A stretch of DNA of 64,000 nucleotides from contig OX597817.1 in assembly GCA_951406725.2 (NCBI GenBank), forward strand, positions 41,726,001-41,790,000, given 5' to 3'. This document shows positions 51,672-64,000 of the stretch, piece after piece. Position numbers and translations under genes: made by a program. The notes under the pieces are model-generated. The model was not told the DNA's origin. It saw only the letters and a list, made by a program, of their open reading frames with translations, and made no database searches. Source of the DNA: Octopus vulgaris. Taxonomy: Eukaryota. Each line of letters begins with the position of its first letter. Positions within the stretch are counted from its first letter, which is position 1.

Positions 51672-52285
51672 TTTGTTTTACTTGCTTCGGTCATTTAACT
51701 GTGGCCATGCTGGAGCACCACCTTCAGAGGTTTTAGCCAAACAAAATTGACCCCAGGACATTCTTTGTAAGCCTAGTACTTATCCTATCGGTCTCTTTTA
51801 CCAAACTATTAAGCTATGGGGATGTAAACACACCAACATTGGTTGTCAAGTGATGGGGAGGGACAAACACATACAAACACACACACACACACAGTGTGTG
51901 ATGGATAAATTGATGCCATCTTATACTTTTACTGAGAGTGATAAAAATCAAACATCCAGTCAACATCATGGTGTTTGGAATGATCACTATGATGGCAACG
52001 TTATGCCTCATTCATCTTCCCACACAGCCTCACACTCAACACGGAGGACTACATCAAGTGCCTGGAGGAGGTAGTGCTGCCCTGAGTCAATAAGGTGGCT
52101 GCTAAAAGACCCTATGTCTGGCAACAGGACTCTGCACCATGCCACACAAGCAGAAGAACCCAGTCATGGCTGTCGCAAGGCTTTGGTCAGCCTGACGCTA
52201 TAGGATACACTTGCCCAAGCTACCATGCAGAACCCAGAACCATGTGGTTGGGAAGCAAGCTTATTACCATACAGCCACACCTGTA
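51672..52285 (-). mobile_element. Family A SINE interrupted by a Tc1 fragment
   Basis: SINE 3' half at 51672-51892, 5' half at 52175-52285. Confidence 0.75.
51893..52174 (+). pseudogene. Tc1/mariner transposase fragment (DDE catalytic region)
   Basis: KHPVNIMVFGMIT.DGNVMP.FIFPHSLTLNTEDYIKCLEEVVLP*VNKVAAKRPYVWQQDSAPCHTSRRTQSWL, with frameshifts and a stop. Confidence 0.85.
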
Positions 52286-53789
52286 CTTATTTGGTAATTG
52301 ATATATTTTTTTTCTTTGATATGTTTTAGGGATTGGACTACAATCATGCTGGGAGCACTGCCTTTCAGAGTTTTAGTTGAACAAATTGACCCCAGGGCTT
52401 ATTTTTAAATCTGATATCTATTTATTTTGCCAAGCCATTAAGTTACAAGAAAATAAACCTACACTGGTTCTCAAGTGGTTGTGCTGTGACCCAATGCAAC
52501 ACCACAGGCTTCCAGAGTTCTCATCTACTAGATCCGCTTAGAAGGCATTGGATGGCCCAGGTCTCTGGCAGACACTTGTTCAAGGTAAGAGCAGTGGGAC
52601 TGAACCTGAAACCATGTGGTTGCAAAGCGTGTTTAACCTCACAACCATGCCTATGTCATAAACGAGGATTCCTGTAAATCATTTTAGGAGACAGAAATCT
52701 AGTTATGTGGGTGCTTAACTTGCTGGAAATTTTCCTATACCACACTATCTACTAAAAGGACAAAAATACATTGAGTAATATAGTCCTAGACACACTTGGT
52801 CTGAAGAGAGATAAAAAAAATGGACAGCGCTGTCACAAATTGAACGCTTCTAGTCAGCAGTTTAAGCAACCAAGTTTGACCGAAACTGAAAGGACGACAA
52901 ACATGTAGGTCACGTTTTAATACATGTCATTTCATTATTCCACATACTTTCTCATTTGTGGTTATTATTTAGCGCATCAGGTTTTCAATGGCAGATGTTA
53001 CATTTGTTTTGTTTAAATTGTTTCTAATCGTGGTTGCTATTGATTATTTACAATGACACAACTAGAAAAAGATTTATTGCATTCTTAATACTTGCAAGCA
53101 ACACCAAGTAAACATCACACATCTGTTTCAATTCAGCCACACACTCACATACATACATACTTACATACACCTGAACAACACCTAAAGTGGGAGCTGACAT
53201 CATTGCCAAATGGAAGTGGGTCGTTGATCAATTCCTGTCTTAAGTGATATTTATTACTTGAGATGACTTGTGATGTAATAAACAATAGGAACTGGGGAAA
53301 CTGGTGTTAGTCTGTGTTGGCAATTAGTGATTGTAAACAGTTCAAAAATGTACTAAATTAATTTGCCATAGAGGAGAATAAAAGATCTTTACATTTCAGA
53401 GCAAAACTGTCCATTGGAGATAATTTCTGGTGGTACTGAAGGAATAGATTAGAAGTGAGAGAGGAGGGGAAAAAGAGAAGTGTAAAGGAAGAGGAAATAG
53501 TGAAGCAAAAGATAGGGTGTAGGGCAGGATTCCTGACAGACAGACGAACTGTAGACAGAACCTTTGCTGCAGGCTAGCTAGGAAGTTGGTCAGCAGCAAA
53601 ACAAAAGGGACTCCTGGTAGGAGGAGGAAAACAAAAGAAGGTCAACAGAGAGTGTGAAAAGAATCTGAGTGAACTAAACAAAAATAACCTATGACTTAAA
53701 CCCTGATGTATGTAAAGTAATAAACCTTTGATAAATGTATTCTTGTCTCCACTAGTTTGTTTGCATATAGCTTAAAACTATAAGGGGAA

Positions 53790-54009
53790 GCTTAATTGCT
53801 GTGGTTTTCAATGGGGTCCATATGGCCCCTGAGGGTTCATGTAAAGTTTTGGGGGTCCACACAAAGTAAATTGGGGATCTATAGTATTTCAAGGCCCCTG
53901 AAAAAAAATTTTGCTTTAGATATCTGTATTGCAAGAAATAGCTATATTTCTTTAGCATTTTGCATAGTTCTACCTACACAAGTTAATGTGAAAAACAAAA
54001 AAAGGGACT
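53790..54009. mobile_element. hAT-like MITE fragment
   Basis: Starts CTGTGGTTTTCAA..GGGGTCCA, resembling hAT-type CAGTGGTTTTCAA termini; other end not identified. Confidence 0.4.
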
Positions 54010-54290
54010 TTGAAAGAAGTGGATGGATTTGGATGAAACTTTCAGGGATGTTTGGCTTTGTGACTGGCATGTACTGATTAAATTTTGGAATCGATCCGGT
54101 ACCGAATAAGGATTCTGGATTATTTTCCCAGTTTTTTTTACTTAATTTCTGAGAGCAGTTGGGCTCATTTTTTAGTAGTGTCATTTGTGAGAGCAGTCAA
54201 GTTTATTTCAGATATTCTCATTTTAAAAATCATCTCCGGCTAACCGTTGAGAGGACGTTGGTTTGTGCTCTCAGTGCTCATTTATGTTAA
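54010..54290 (+). mobile_element. Helentron/DINE-1-like non-autonomous element, 5' truncated
   Basis: GGATTTGGATGAAACTTT...GATTAAATTTTGG..GATCCGG...GGTTTGTGCTCTCAGTGCT. Confidence 0.55.
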
Positions 54291-55216
54291 ATTTAATACA
54301 TCCCAAAAATAGAACACTGGCTGTTAATGGGTTAATATATCAGCAACTAATAAAATTACATGATAGCGGTTCAACAGTTAATATCCCATTTATCTATAGT
54401 TAATACCTTTTGACCCATGACCCATTGAAGATTCTGTGGTTGCTTGATCTACTAGAAATAGAGGTAAATATTTCTTATATTCCTTATATATTACATCCAA
54501 CTGTCTTTACGAAAAGCACTGAATATGGTCTGGGATGCACAATGACTGGGGTAGGAGCAGTTGCGGATGGAACGCTATTGATTATAGACATCCAGCAAAG
54601 CTGACCGAAAGTTAACGATATTTATCATCAAAGATTAAAAGCTACATAAAATGCTCTACAGAATATATTTTTCAGTACCTCCAGTTACGGAAGGGAACCG
54701 ACAAAATACTGAGAATTGTACTGGAATCAATATACTTGTAACACAGAAAAAAACAGTTCCAACTGTTCTTACTCATCAGCAATGGGATGATAGTTTGTTA
54801 CAACTTGGCTTTACATCCAGGTCATTATGCTTGCTAACATAAACAGGCTGGCTTTTGAAAAATACATTTACAAAGTAGTTGTGAGAAGAACCAGCAGAGG
54901 ATCAGTTAAAATATCGCGTGGTTTTTTTTTAGCAAATAACCCTACAATCCAAATTCAAATCCTTGGACCAGAAATATAATGAAATGCTTACACCAGGGTG
55001 ACCTCTACTACCCAAGAATTAGATGATGATGATGGATAATGTATCCCCTTTTCTCTACTCACTATCCAATGGACTCAACTTTTGGTTTTCCTTTTGAAAA
55101 TCTAAGAGAAATGGCATTCTTATAAAACTCATGGCACTCCCAAGATACTTGCAGTATGTGGAATTAAAATGACCACAGCTAAGAACTTATAAATCTTGCC
55201 ATGGTATTTGCCTCCA

Positions 55217-55603
55217 TTTTACTCTTTTACTCATTTCAGTCATTTGACTGTGGCCATGCTGGAGCACCGCCTTTAGTCGAGCAAATCGACCCCAAGACTT
55301 ATTCTTTGTAAGCCTAGTACTTATTCTATCAGTCTCTTTTCCCCCGAACCACTAAGTTACGGGGACGTAAACACACCACCATCGGTTGTCAAGCAATGTT
55401 GGAGGACAAACACAGACACACAAACAAACACACACATACATACGACAGGCTTCTTTCAGTTTCCGTCTACCAAATCCACTCACAAGGCTTTGGTCAGCCC
55501 GAGGCTATAGTAGAAGACACTTGCCTAAGGTGCCACACAGTGAGACTGAACCTGGAACCATATGGTGGGTAAACAAGCTACTTACCACACAGCTACTCCT
55601 GTG
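55217..55603 (-). mobile_element. Full-length family A SINE
   Basis: Close reverse complement of 19959-20380. Confidence 0.92.
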
Positions 55604-56154
55604 CCTGTGTCATTCAAATCACAATTTCTAACGTACATGCAATAACTTCAAGTGAGAGAATAGATATATATTGACCACCACGCTTGACTTATTTTATCAT
55701 CTCAGAAGACTAGAAAGCTAAGTGGAACCCAGCAGTATTTGAACTCAAGAAAAGGAATATAATACAGTAAACCAGGTCATTGCTTCTACCAATATCAATA
55801 ATAATCTCTTGACTGAGACAAGACCAAATTTTGGAAAGAATATACACAATGCATATTAGTGGTTCAGGTTTTATCAACTTATAAAGAGAGAAAGGCATAT
55901 GAATTGCAGAGAATGATATTGATTGAGTCAGTGAGGGATTTTGTGAAGAAAAATGGGATGAAATGACTGGGTCAAATAGAAGGATTAACAGGACAGGAGG
56001 AAAAGAAAGACGGAAATGAAACTGGAAGGAAATAGAGAAAGGGGAAGGCCAAGAACAGAATGGCTAAAGCTGAAGGGAGAAATGAGGCCAACGGTGTTTT
56101 TGAGGAGAGAATAAAAAAAAAAAAATGGAAAAGACTGTCATGGAACCTACAAGA

Positions 56155-56364
56155 TTAACCCCTCCACTTGCTATAAAGTAGTCATATCAGGCCAAATGTT
56201 TTACCTGTTTTATGGTCAAACCAGCCAGATCCAGCCTCTCACACCTACCCTACAATGTCATTCTAAAAATAAACAATTACATCATTGAAATCTCAAAGCC
56301 ATGAGACAATGCATGATTAATTCAAAACAATAAGGATTACATCTGACAGAATAATCTGAATGCT
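56155..56364. mobile_element. piggyBac-like MITE (same family as 13773-13991)
   Basis: Shared CCAGCCTCTCACACC.ACCCTACAATGTCATT..AAAAATAAA and AATCTGAATGCT. Confidence 0.7.
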
Positions 56365-56680
56365 TGTTGATTGTTGCTGTGGAGAGGAGCAAGCTAAAAG
56401 TCAACCTCTAGTAGGTTTTCAGCTTATGACAGAGACAGAAAAAGATAAGCTATATAGTGCAGCATTTTACCCCTTTTTGCTAAATTCACAGACCTAATAT
56501 CCACAGAATTAATAATGCCTCAGTATGTTGTTATATTAATGTCAAAAGATCATTGGATTCTGTTGATTGCTAAAGAAATTTCAGTCCATTTACATTTGTA
56601 AACAGCCTTGAATACATTACCATATCAATCGCCATTTCATTTTAAGAACACAGTATAAATTTACATAAGTGGGAGATAGC

Positions 56681-56748
56681 TAACTCAATCCCTTGTTTAA
56701 CTCAATCCCTTGTTTAACTCAATCCCTTGTTTAACTCAATCCCTTGTT
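56681..56748. repeat. Perfect 17-bp tandem repeat x4
   Basis: TAACTCAATCCCTTGTT x4. Confidence 0.95.
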
Positions 56749-56904
56749 TCTTCCATGTTACCTTAATTTATCAACCCCAGAGGATTCAACAGCAAACTCA
56801 ATGCAAGGGGGAAATAATCCCAGAATGATAACAGACAGCATATTTCATGCAAAAGTATTTAGTTCAGCATGCTACTGATTGTGCCAAGAATACTATTATT
56901 CTTT

Positions 56905-57430
56905 TTATTTCATTTTTTTTTTTCACTTTTTCTTTGAAGGGGAAGAGCTGTGCTCATTATATTTGTATGCCCCTCCCCTCTGATGTAATAGATGTTCAGT
57001 TTGACACCTGTAGAAAAAAAAAAAAGAAACATGCAAAGAGAATTACAGAAAACTACAGCTTCAGGAAGGAATGAAGTATTAGTGAAGGAAATTAGTTAAA
57101 ACAGTCTGGATGATGAAGAGGAGAAAGAGAAACAGGTGCATTGTATAGGCGAGGGGAGAGATGGAATGCAAGTTACAAGTTCAAAATAGCATCACTTGTT
57201 ATAGTAATGGGAGACGGAATGGAAAGAAGAACTATGTGGGCAGGTTGTTTGTAATGTGTTAGTGGGTAACTCTCTGCCAATCAGTCCTTCCGCATAAGGT
57301 CTAAGATGGTCTGTGACAAGTCTGTTCTATCAGTACTATCTTAGATACAAGAGCAGAACTCCAATAAGGTTCACTTGTGTGTTGTAAAGAGTAGCAACTA
57401 ATCAAGGCCTATGTTTTCTGATGAAGTCTT
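56905..57430 (-). mobile_element. Jockey/CR1-group LINE 3' end with A-rich tail
   Basis: LLLFTTHK*TLLEFCSCI-like motif, GAGCACAGCTCT 3'UTR and poly(A) near 56910. Confidence 0.55.
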
Positions 57431-57949
57431 AATCTTTGGAATGTATATTTGGTGATGAGATCATCATCAACATCTTAACATCTACCTATGGAATATTTGC
57501 ATGGGTCAGACAGTTTATTCAGGCAGATCTAGAGCTGAATGTCCTTTATTGCCAACTCATCTGTTTCCAAGCAAGTAATATTTCCTTTTGGCCAGACACG
57601 ATTTCAAGACAGGCTAGAATCAAAAGGACACTGCCTGTGACAGTAACACATATTTACAACAAATGTGTGATATCGGAAAAGGAAGTACAAACATACACGC
57701 ACACCCATGCATGCACATGTACACACAACGAGCTTCTTTCAGTTTCCATCAACCAAGACCACTTAAGGTTTTGGCTGGCCAGAGGATAAAGTAAAAGACT
57801 TTCCCAAGGTACTGTGCAGTAGAATTGAACTCGAAACCAAATGGTTGGGAAGTGAACTTAACCACACAGCCGCACTTGCACATAAGGAAATCAAAAGTTC
57901 TCGACTGAGGACTTTAGTTTAGTGTTGTTCATGTTGAGTGCAAATGGAG

Positions 57950-58500
57950 TGCAGGAATTTTTAATATGTGTAGCAATTGTATTTTTGTGCATTGAAGTAG
58001 AATTAGGTTTTCACATCCTCAAAGGAGGAGATTTACAAGGTCTTTTATTTCCAGAGATAGTATATGTATGAAATAGGTTACCTGATTCTAAATACCAACA
58101 GGGTTTTAGAGAGAGGTTGCTGTGCAATAGGAAGGTGTGGAGTGGGTTGTCTTGGCTAGACAGTGGACCAGAAACAATATCTAGATCTAAGATAGGTCTG
58201 AAGAGGAGAAAGAGGTCAAGAGTGCTTAAAGAGTTAATGTCGGTCATAAATATGGTTATATTTTTTTAAAAATTTAATAGATGCAGACAGCTCAAAAGAT
58301 TGGTTGTGGGGGTGGGGGAACTGGTCTCTACACTATCAGCCATATATGAAAGAACAGTGTGGGAACCGAGAGAGGCTTAAATTGATGTCACTGAGGGTAA
58401 GTGTTTTAGAGAACTGAGTTCAGATAATTATCCTCAAAATGGAACAATAGATAAAGAGCTGTTTGGATAGCAGTAGAAACAGCAGATGAACTTAGATGAA
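57950..58500 (-). mobile_element. LINE AP-endonuclease remnant
   Basis: STLDLFL...IVSGPLSSQD matches xLDLFLT...SPLGxSDH. Confidence 0.55.
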
Positions 58501-60511
58501 TGGGGAAGACATTGAGCCAGAATAACTAGAAGTTCTGTTAAATCAATATATGCCCTTGAAATTGCATAAGATTAAAATGTTTACATACGAATGTAGAATG
58601 ACACTTGCTGTAATATTTTGTGTCTGAGAAACTTCTCAAAGAGACTTGCTTATTAAGAATGCAGATCTTGCTCAGAATGTCATCAGCAGATTTTTAAACA
58701 GTGTTTCAGCCTTGTTTAGTCTCCCATTGACAAACACCCTTGGATATTTTAAGCAGAGTTTAAAATATTTTTTTTTATATAGAAATTTCTAACGAAAACA
58801 TTCACCAATTTGTGTAAAAGCTGGCTGGGCTAAAATTAAATCAATTATACACAACTGAAATAGTGTTAAAACACTGAGCCAATGTATAGTTTTTTTAAAC
58901 ACCGAAGCTTCTTTTAGAAGTTACTTTGGAACAAACACTGCATCTAGTGCGGTTCTACATTTGTATATACTGTATAAATGTATACAAAAATATTTTAGAA
59001 GAGTGGTAAGGAGAGTAGATTCCACATAAATATAGACACCACCTTTTATTGTAGCCTGGACACAGAGATTGATTACACAATGAGAAAACTGCATTTTGGA
59101 GAGGAATATTTGATTTACATGTTAGTAACTGGCAGTAATGATGCTGATGATGGGTAGATGGAGGAGAGTTTAATAGATTAATGATTTTTGTTTTGTTTTT
59201 GATCAGAATTTCCTTTTGGCTTTTATGGGGAAAAGGATTTTGAATTATAATGGCCAATTTCTGATACAAAATTAAGACCTTTTCGGATATATTGAACAAT
59301 TCTCTCCATTAGATCATTTTTAATTAATACTTTTTTCTTTTTGTTCTGCTATTTCAAATTTATTTTATGTTCACTTTCAAAAATGGCATGGGTTGGACAA
59401 GTCATTACAATCCATCTTGGTCTTTATTCAGAGTTTACTGCTCTCCTGGATAGGTCAGAGGACTAGATCTCACAAATTTCACTCAGAGCTTGGTTCTTGC
59501 AGCCAGATGTCCTTTCTACCACCAATTGCTTTCACAGAGTGTACTGGGTGCACTTTTGCACTTTATTGCGGAACCAGCACTAGATTACAATACATAGTTT
59601 CAATACAATAGTGTAAATGCTGCCAACTATTTTGCTGAAGTATTTATCAGAAATAAAATAAGCACCATACCAGGAGCTTAAAATACATTAACCTGTTTGC
59701 AAACAGTTCAAAAGTGGAATGAAATAGTTTGTCATGAAGAGAAGGAAAAGTCTAACATTTCAGTCAGTACATTTCATTAACCCACTAATTACCTACATAG
59801 ACCTTTGTTCCTTTTTTCAGATCTTACCGTTTACTTTATTAACCCCCTTTCTACTTAACTAGACAAAATATCACAAGCCATACTATTTAAAAATATCGCA
59901 ACAAATAACAATGTTATAATAATAGTAATTATCACTAAATTATTCAGGAATCATACACTAATAAAGACTAATCAGTCAATGAAATTTAGCTCCATGTACA
60001 AGGAAGTTTCGGTATTGTACACACAACCAGAAACAATGTATGGACTAAAACAAGCTTTATAATTTCCCTTTATAGATGTTCATATATTGGCTTTAGATCT
60101 GAAATTACTACTACTTCAAAATACTGAATTCTTCACAAAAGCAAATATGCAAGTTCTCTATAAATGTGCAGATAACATTCAACTCAGTTTTATATTTTAG
60201 ATCATCAAAAGATAATTTACTCCAACAAGTGCAGGACACCAACATGATCAGCATTGTCAGTTATTGTCCATTTTCCATGCTGGCATGAGTTAGACTGATC
60301 AGAGCTGGTAAGCCGGAGAGGTTCTACAGTTAGATGCCCTTCCTGATGCCAACCACTTTACAGTGTATTGGGTGCCTTTTACATGTCACCAACATGGGCA
60401 GCTTTTATGTGAAACCTTTTTCATTAAAAGGAGCAAGAAGCTAATTATACCTTTCTGCCCAGCTTACTACAATTAAACCTGTTAGGGGGATACTTTGAAT
60501 TATGAAGCATT

Positions 60512-60545
60512 GCTTACCTAAGATAATGTTGAAACAATTAGCACA
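60512..60545 (-). other. Second candidate recursive splice site, or donor of a short exon (junction 60518/60517)
   Basis: GTGCTAATTGTTTCAACATTATCTTAG|GTAAGC with a CTAAT branch-point-like motif. Confidence 0.3.
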
Positions 60546-60869
60546 AGATGTTACGAAACATCCCCTGACCAGCAGATTCTTGCCACTAAGGTAACTGACA
60601 ATATATTTATGGATAAGATTACTCAATATACAGGACTTAGTACATTATAGAGCCTTTATTGATTCCAGAACAATGAATGAATGGGAACTTGGCAAGATAT
60701 GCACTGTAAATTGCTTGTCAATTTGATAGTCTAGGCCAGGTCAAGTCCATTTTAGCTATTTACTATTATGCCAACAGACCATCTAGTTTCTAGCTAAAAC
60801 AGTAACTAAGACATGGATAGATCAAATGAAATCCCAAAATAGAATGAATATTAAGCTTAAGCTAATATT

Positions 60870-60998
60870 CTTTTCTACTCTAGGCATAAGACCCGAAATT
60901 TTGGGGGAAGGAGCCAGTCAATTAGATCGACCCCAATACGCAACTGGTACTTAATTTATCGACCCTGAAAGGATGAAAGGCAAAGTCAACCTCAGAGT
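60870..60998 (-). mobile_element. Family B SINE 3' part
   Basis: TTTTCTACTCTAGGC...ACTGGTACTTAATTTATCGACCCTGAAAGGATGAAAGGC. Confidence 0.8.
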
Positions 60999-61717
60999 AA
61001 ATTAATATTATTTTGGAAGATATGAGAAAGGTAATTAAACTGAATTTAAGCAAACTATAAAACTACAGCTATGATAAATCATATAAAATCAAATTGCTCT
61101 AGAAGCTAAAAGTTTTTAGTTTATTATAAACTCAATTTGATAAACATTGAAATTAAATTTTCAAGATATTAAAACAAACAGAAAGTTAAAATTCCCATTT
61201 GTGTCTGTCTTTATTATTGCTAATATTTTAATGCTTTTGAACTATATGAACATTTGTACTTTTTATTTACCGATTCCATCAATTTCTTTCCTTTACTTTT
61301 TGTCTTTGAAATTATTTTAATTGGCTAAGTAAAACCAGAGATTTATTTGTAAGCAACCATTAAACATTTACATTAATAGCTGATGATAAATTTTCAATAA
61401 CAACTAACAAATTAAACATTTTTTTAATGCTACGTTGAGACTTATCTGAACATTACAGTCTGCCAAGCCACCAAATGTAAGTACCTTTCCACTTGATGGC
61501 TTCCAAACTGAGTGACCTTCCAAGTCCACAGACAAAACACTGTGTTTAATACTTCCTCACCATAATTATATTCTTCAATTCTCTTCCTACACATATTTTC
61601 TTCTAATTACAAACCAGCAACAATTCTAATTAAACAGGAATTGTGCTCACCTCAGCCAGCCATCATTAACCCTTAACAATCTCACAATATCCAAACAGAT
61701 TACCACATTATAAACAA

Positions 61718-62190
61718 AATGTGTGGTAAGACATTTGCTTCCCAACCACATGGTTCTGGGTTCAGTCCCACTGTGTGGCACTTTGGGCAAGTGTTTTCTA
61801 CTATAGCCTCAGGCAAAGTAAAGCCTTGTGAGTGGATTTGGTAGATGGAATCCGAAAGAAACTTCTGTGCGTGCGTGTACATGCTTGAATGTGTACATGC
61901 TTGCATGCATACTTGCGCATGTACATGTGTTTGTACATGCACATGCATGTGTATGTGCATATGTACATGCATGTGTATGCACACATGTGCGTTTGTCCAC
62001 CAGCATTTGACAACAAGTATTGGTGTGCTTACATCCTCAAACTAGTGGTCCAGCAAAAGAAACCGATAAAATAAGTACCAGCCTTTAAAAATATAAATAA
62101 AAAAAAAGGTATAAGGATCGATTCATTCAACTAAAATTTCGCGGTGATGACCCAGCATGGCTTCAGTCAAATGACCGAAACATGACAAAT
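61718..62190 (+). mobile_element. Family A SINE with expanded CA/TG-rich middle
   Basis: TGTGTGGTAAG..CCCAACCACATGGTTCTGGGTTCAGTCCCAC...CCAGCATGGCTTCAGTCAAATGAC. Confidence 0.85.
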
Positions 62191-62239
62191 GATACAAATA
62201 GAAAACTTATGTTGATGACAAACAGACTACCCATTCTTT

Positions 62240-62655
62240 AACTTGTTTCAGGTTGTACACCATACTGGGGTACCACCTTGAAAGGTTTAGTCAATCAAAT
62301 CAACTTACAGTTCTTATTCTACAAGTCTCTTTTGCTGAGCTGCTAAGTTATAGGGTCATAAACAAACCAACACCAAAAGTGGGAGGGATAAACAAGAAGT
62401 GGAAGGGATAAACAAGGACATATACACACAATATAAATTCACTATCACCACCATTTAATATCCTTTTCCATGCAGGCATGGGTTGTATAGTTCAACAGGA
62501 GCCAGAGGATCAAACCACGCAGAAAAACATATGGGCTTCCATACAGTTTCCATCCACCAAATCAACTCACAAGAGATTGCTCAAGGTACCATACAGTGGG
62601 ACTGAAATTGAAATCATTCCATTGCAAAGCATACTTTTTAACTACTGTCATGCCT
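62240..62655 (-). mobile_element. Family A SINE, diverged, tail-to-tail with the previous copy
   Basis: ACTTGTTTCAG...CTGCTAAGTTA...CAGTGGGACTGAA. Confidence 0.7.
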
Positions 62656-62673
62656 ACACATATATGAGGACTT

Positions 62674-62955
62674 GAAGGCATGTAGTTTAGTGGCTAGGGT
62701 ATTTGTCTCACAATCGTAAGGTCATGAGATCATTTCCTGGTAACATGTGTCCTTGAGCAAGACACTATTTCACGTTGCTCCAGTCCACTGAGCTGCCAAA
62801 AATGAGTAGTACCTGTAATTCAAAGGGCCAGCCTTGTCACACTGAATCTTCCTCATAACTACATTAAGAGTACATCTGTCTGTGGTGTGCTCAGCTACTT
62901 GCACGTTAATCGTATCAGCTAGGCCCCTCATCGTTGTAACCAACGGAGTGCTCCT
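62674..62955 (+). mobile_element. tRNA-derived SINE, family D
   Basis: GGCATGTAGTTTAGTGGCTAGGG...GTGTCCTTGAGCAAGACACT..TTGCTCCAGTCCAC; related fragment at ~42030-42260. Confidence 0.75.
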
Positions 62956-64000
62956 TTCTATATGAAAGAACATGTTAAACCTTCTTTCCAATTTCTTAAG
63001 AAAATTTAATTTTTTTAAATTCAGTTTTGACTAAGAAAAACTATTCTCAACTAATCTACAATAATTTCATTACTGTCACATCTAATTAGTATTTTGATAG
63101 ATTTACCAAATGAACATCTTAAAGAAAATTTCATTTCAAACCATATTTGTTGCAGTTATTTCTTTAGGGAATCTTTTAGAAATGTCTACTTCCAAAAGTA
63201 GAACACAGAATTAGTAACAAACTAATCTCCGAATGTTTGGGTAAGTTTCTTTTAAACCTTAATTCCTCTTATATTCAATAGTAAATTTTTTTGAGAAGTA
63301 TCAGTGACAGATGTACCACAAAAGACTGATATCAAATAATTATATTTTTATTAACATTTAGCAGAAGTGACAGCGTAACTCAAGGGCCAAGAGTTTCATG
63401 CGTTAGCACTTAAGCTTGTATTAAAATAAAATATTACACACACATTGAGTTCTATTTTCTGTTTGTATCACCAAACTTGTAATATATATTTTTACAAATA
63501 TTTAGTAAAAGCAACAGAATAATTCAAGGACTGAGAGTTTCATGTGTTGGCACTGAAGTTTGTATCAAAATATTACACACGTTTTCAGTTCCATTTTCCC
63601 CATTTGCATCACCAAACCTGTAGTAATAATTATAATTATAATTTCGGTATACGGTTAGCAATTTTAGGAGTGAGGATTAATAGAATTACAGCAACCCCAG
63701 GGCTCAACTGGTACTTATTTTATTAATGCCATAGAGATGAAAGTTAAGTCAACCTCAGCAAAATTTGAACTCAAAAATGTAAGAAGCATTTTGTTTATAA
63801 GCTAATGATTATAACCAGGTAATTTTTGCCATGTGTAGATAGGTACTGTAAGAAGTTAACTATTGCATTTGTACACAGTAAGAGCACTTTAAATCTGGCA
63901 AATACTTCGATGTTTTACAGAATTCATATTCTTTCATAGCAGAAGAATGAGGATTCGAATTTGTTCTCCCTATTACATGAAAATAAATTCACCAGTGATG

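Noticed and set aside
56681-56748. CRISPR-like repeat array
   Set aside because: Contiguous units with no spacers, eukaryotic context, no cas genes
56920-57030. Very strong minus-strand acceptor TTTTTTTTCTACAG|GTGTCA as an exon or ratchet point
   Set aside because: Lies within a LINE 3' end; GTGTCA is a poor donor and no good downstream donor is visible
61700-62074. His/Cys/Met-rich ORF cluster (also at 50126-50433 and 30874-31128)
   Set aside because: Degenerate (CA/TG/TA)n low-complexity sequence

Overview
AT-rich, repeat-dense eukaryotic DNA. The SINE families, TA/CA microsatellites and Tc1 remnant match what I recall of Octopus (coleoid cephalopod) genomes; this is inference and was not searched. 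No intact protein-coding gene is present, and nearly all listed ORFs are microsatellite or transposon artefacts. The window looks like part of a very large intron of a minus-strand gene: the plus strand is A/CA-rich by eye and the best splice signals are on the minus strand. It holds many tRNA-derived SINEs, RTE-tailed SINEs, decayed LINEs (R4/Dong, Jockey/CR1-like, RTE), Helitron remnants, MITEs and a Tc1/mariner fragment. Most notable: (i) two unrelated short non-coding elements (18341-18800 and 20492-20947), each an inverted duplication carrying two minimal type-I hammerhead ribozyme motifs in Penelope style; the second has a tRNA-like Pol III head and a 10-bp target-site duplication, so it looks like a tRNA-headed, ribozyme-bearing SINE/retrozyme; (ii) a consensus AG|GTGAGT recursive-splice candidate at 26646/26647 and a second candidate at 60517/60518; (iii) an unexplained ~160-bp inverted duplication in a ~1.8-kb non-SINE island at 36.8-38.6 kb. 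Boundaries of decayed repeats are approximate.
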